Positions 62,255 through 64,000 of a stretch of DNA of 64,000 nucleotides are shown in pieces (positions within the stretch are counted from its first letter, which is position 1; each line of letters begins with the position of its first letter). The position numbers and the translations under genes were made by a program. The stretch spans positions 448,001 to 512,000 of the forward strand of contig JBEKKK010000001.1 in NCBI GenBank assembly GCA_050010755.1, read 5' to 3'. The notes under the pieces were generated by a model. The model was given only the letters and a program-made list of their open reading frames with translations, was not told where the DNA came from and did no database searches. This DNA is from Candidatus Bathyarchaeia archaeon. Its GTDB lineage: Archaea; Thermoproteota; Bathyarchaeia; Bathyarchaeales; Bathycorpusculaceae.

Positions 62255-63478
62255 ATGAGCGGTAGAACATCGGTTCCATCGAGGAGCACAATTACACTCA
62301 GCAACGTGAACGGAGACCTAGAGGTCGGACGGCATGCGACCGTGAAGGGATCTTCGTCACCGCCCAAGGTAACGGTTTCAGGCACCGTTCACTGCGAAGG
62401 AGACGATACTTTCGAATGCAGCCTTTCTGCAGAAAGTCTTGAAGCCGAAGACAGTGTAATCGTTCACGGAGACCTCGACATAAGGGACAAGGTTGAAGTT
62501 GAAGACGGCAGCTTGGAAATCAAAGGAAACATGACCGCAACGAAAGCTGACGTTGACAACAGGCTGTGCGTAAATAAGAATCTCACTGTTAAGGAAGTTG
62601 AGGTAGGAGGAAGCTTGAGGGTTGACGGAAACGTGAAGGCTGAGGACGCAGATGTCGGGGGAACGTTTGAAGCCCAAGGCGAAACTGTTGCCGACCGCAT
62701 CGAAGTAGGAGGCAGCCTCAGGATACAGTCCAAAAGTGACATCAACAGCCTAGAAGTAGGCGGCACCGCAAGAGTCGCGGGAGGAAAAATCCGCGAAATA
62801 GACGTGGGAGGAACTTTCGAGTCAATGAGCTCTCTGGAATTTCAAAAAATAGACGTAGGTGGCACGGTGAGACTTGCAGGAAAAAGCAAAGGAGGCGTTA
62901 TAGAAGTCGGAGGTTCCTTCAGAGCCGAAGGCGACTTGGAATTTGAAGAAATCGAAGTAGGCGGCACGGTCGATATAGCAGGTTTGACTCAAGGTCGCCA
63001 CATGGAAGTCGGCGGCAAGATTGACATCCAAGGCTCCCTAAAACTCTCGGAAAGGCTAGAGGTCGGAGGAACAGCAAATGTGAGCGACGAAATCGCAGCG
63101 AGCAACATAGAGATCGGTGGAACAGTGCGCGCACGCAAAATTGCAGCCGAAGAACGCGTGGAAGTAGGCGGTTCAATCACAACCGACGAAGGTGTAACTG
63201 CACGCATCATTGAAATAGGAAAAAGAGGCGAAGTGCACGGGCCCATGAGAGCAGACAAGATCTTTATCGATAGGGATGCCCACGTAGAAAATGTCTACGG
63301 AAAGGAAATCCTCCTCCTGCGAGCTGGCGCAAGCGCGAATAACATCTACGGCCAGAAGATTACAATCGAATCCTACTGCAATGTGTCCGGCGAAGTGCAA
63401 TATACCGACGAATTGAGGATAGGAGAGAATGTGTCGCTTTCAAAGCAGCCACAAAAAGTGGACAAGCTTCCATTTTAG
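62255..63478 (+). CDS. Long bactofilin-like (polymer-forming cytoskeletal) beta-solenoid protein
   Basis: More than 10 (I/V/L)(E/D)VGG repeats at roughly 15-19 aa period; ATG at 62255 after GGAGGGTG. Confidence 0.7.
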   Translation: MSGRTSVPSRSTITLSNVNGDLEVGRHATVKGSSSPPKVTVSGTVHCEGDDTFECSLSAESLEAEDSVIVHGDLDIRDKVEVEDGSLEIKGNMTATKADVDNRLCVNKNLTVKEVEVGGSLRVDGNVKAEDADVGGTFEAQGETVADRIEVGGSLRIQSKSDINSLEVGGTARVAGGKIREIDVGGTFESMSSLEFQKIDVGGTVRLAGKSKGGVIEVGGSFRAEGDLEFEEIEVGGTVDIAGLTQGRHMEVGGKIDIQGSLKLSERLEVGGTANVSDEIAASNIEIGGTVRARKIAAEERVEVGGSITTDEGVTARIIEIGKRGEVHGPMRADKIFIDRDAHVENVYGKEILLLRAGASANNIYGQKITIESYCNVSGEVQYTDELRIGENVSLSKQPQKVDKLPF

Positions 63479-63489
63479 AGAATGAACCC

Positions 63490-64000
63490 TCAGGGTTCTT
63501 TGGGAACGGTTAGGTCGGCAATGTCCACGCTATGTTCGTAGATTTGTCTCAAGAATGATGCTGCCGAGAGAATTTCAGCAACGATGTCAAGTGACTGTGC
63601 CCTGGCAACCTCCTCGATTTTAGCAAACTCTTTCTCAACCTTATCTCGCATCCCCCGTACCTTCTCAGCCAAATCTATAGCGCCTGTCAAGAAAGCCGTC
63701 AGGGCGCCTTCCTGAGCTTCAAAGCAAATCGAATGAAGAGCCAAGAACTGTTTTCTCAGGGCCTCGTCCAATTTTTCACCATCTAATTCAACCGTCTTCA
63801 TGGAAATGCGCACGCACTCGTCGCCAATGGCTTCCACGAGACTTGCGGCCAACCGATAATCCAAACATTCAATCGGCCCAACCCCCAGCTTTTCACTCAG
63901 ACCCGGGTTCTGAATTATCGTGCGAAGAATACGAACAAGCAGGAAATAGAGCCTATTTCCTTCATCGTCCCGTGCCATCACACTCTTCGCCAACGCAACA
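63490..64000 (-). CDS. PhoU-domain phosphate uptake regulator, C-terminal part (5' end outside window)
   Basis: RDDEGNRLYFLLVR...DYRLAA.LVEAIGD...IYEHSVDIADL; the frame stays open to the window edge. Confidence 0.8.
   Translation of the reverse strand, partial: VALAKSVMARDDEGNRLYFLLVRILRTIIQNPGLSEKLGVGPIECLDYRLAASLVEAIGDECVRISMKTVELDGEKLDEALRKQFLALHSICFEAQEGALTAFLTGAIDLAEKVRGMRDKVEKEFAKIEEVARAQSLDIVAEILSAASFLRQIYEHSVDIADLTVPKEP

Overview
Archaeal chromosomal window, most consistent with Candidatus Bathyarchaeia. This is inferred from gene content and style: eS6/aIF2-gamma/Rpo7/Spt4/eS24/eS31, Fae-Hps, AcnX-type mevalonate dehydratase subunits, and NosD-dockerin surface proteins. Core blocks are the rps6e-eif2g-PIN-rpoE1-spt4-DPCK-rps24e-rps27ae operon, a convergent rpl3-rpl4-rpl23-rpl2-rps19 operon, and tmk, pyrE, ahcY, udp and MgtE/PhoU-RCK. 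These alternate with accessory patches: a surface-protein region with pseudogenes around tRNA-Glu (13.5-25 kb), an AT-rich island with a wHTH + wHTH-PLD pair and an aberrant tRNA (55.5-58.9 kb), and a katG plus bactofilin-like gene. I saw no CRISPR array, integrase or transposase. The most unusual signals are non-coding. (i) A dispersed intergenic repeat family built on TAC-N4-CAACAT-TAC plus an A-tract and G-run has 6 copies, two of them collinear over about 140 bp, and its orientation tracks local AC/GT strand skew. (ii) Alternating (CG)n tracts of 8 bp or more sit at accessory-gene boundaries. (iii) A phased 10-bp array lies upstream of rpl3. Coding oddities are an HTH fused to Fae-Hps with an inverted repeat around its own promoter, a GIY-YIG/APS-kinase-like fusion, non-canonical start codons, and a tRNA-Ser intron with a mismatch at the wobble base. 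All calls were made by eye with no database searches.
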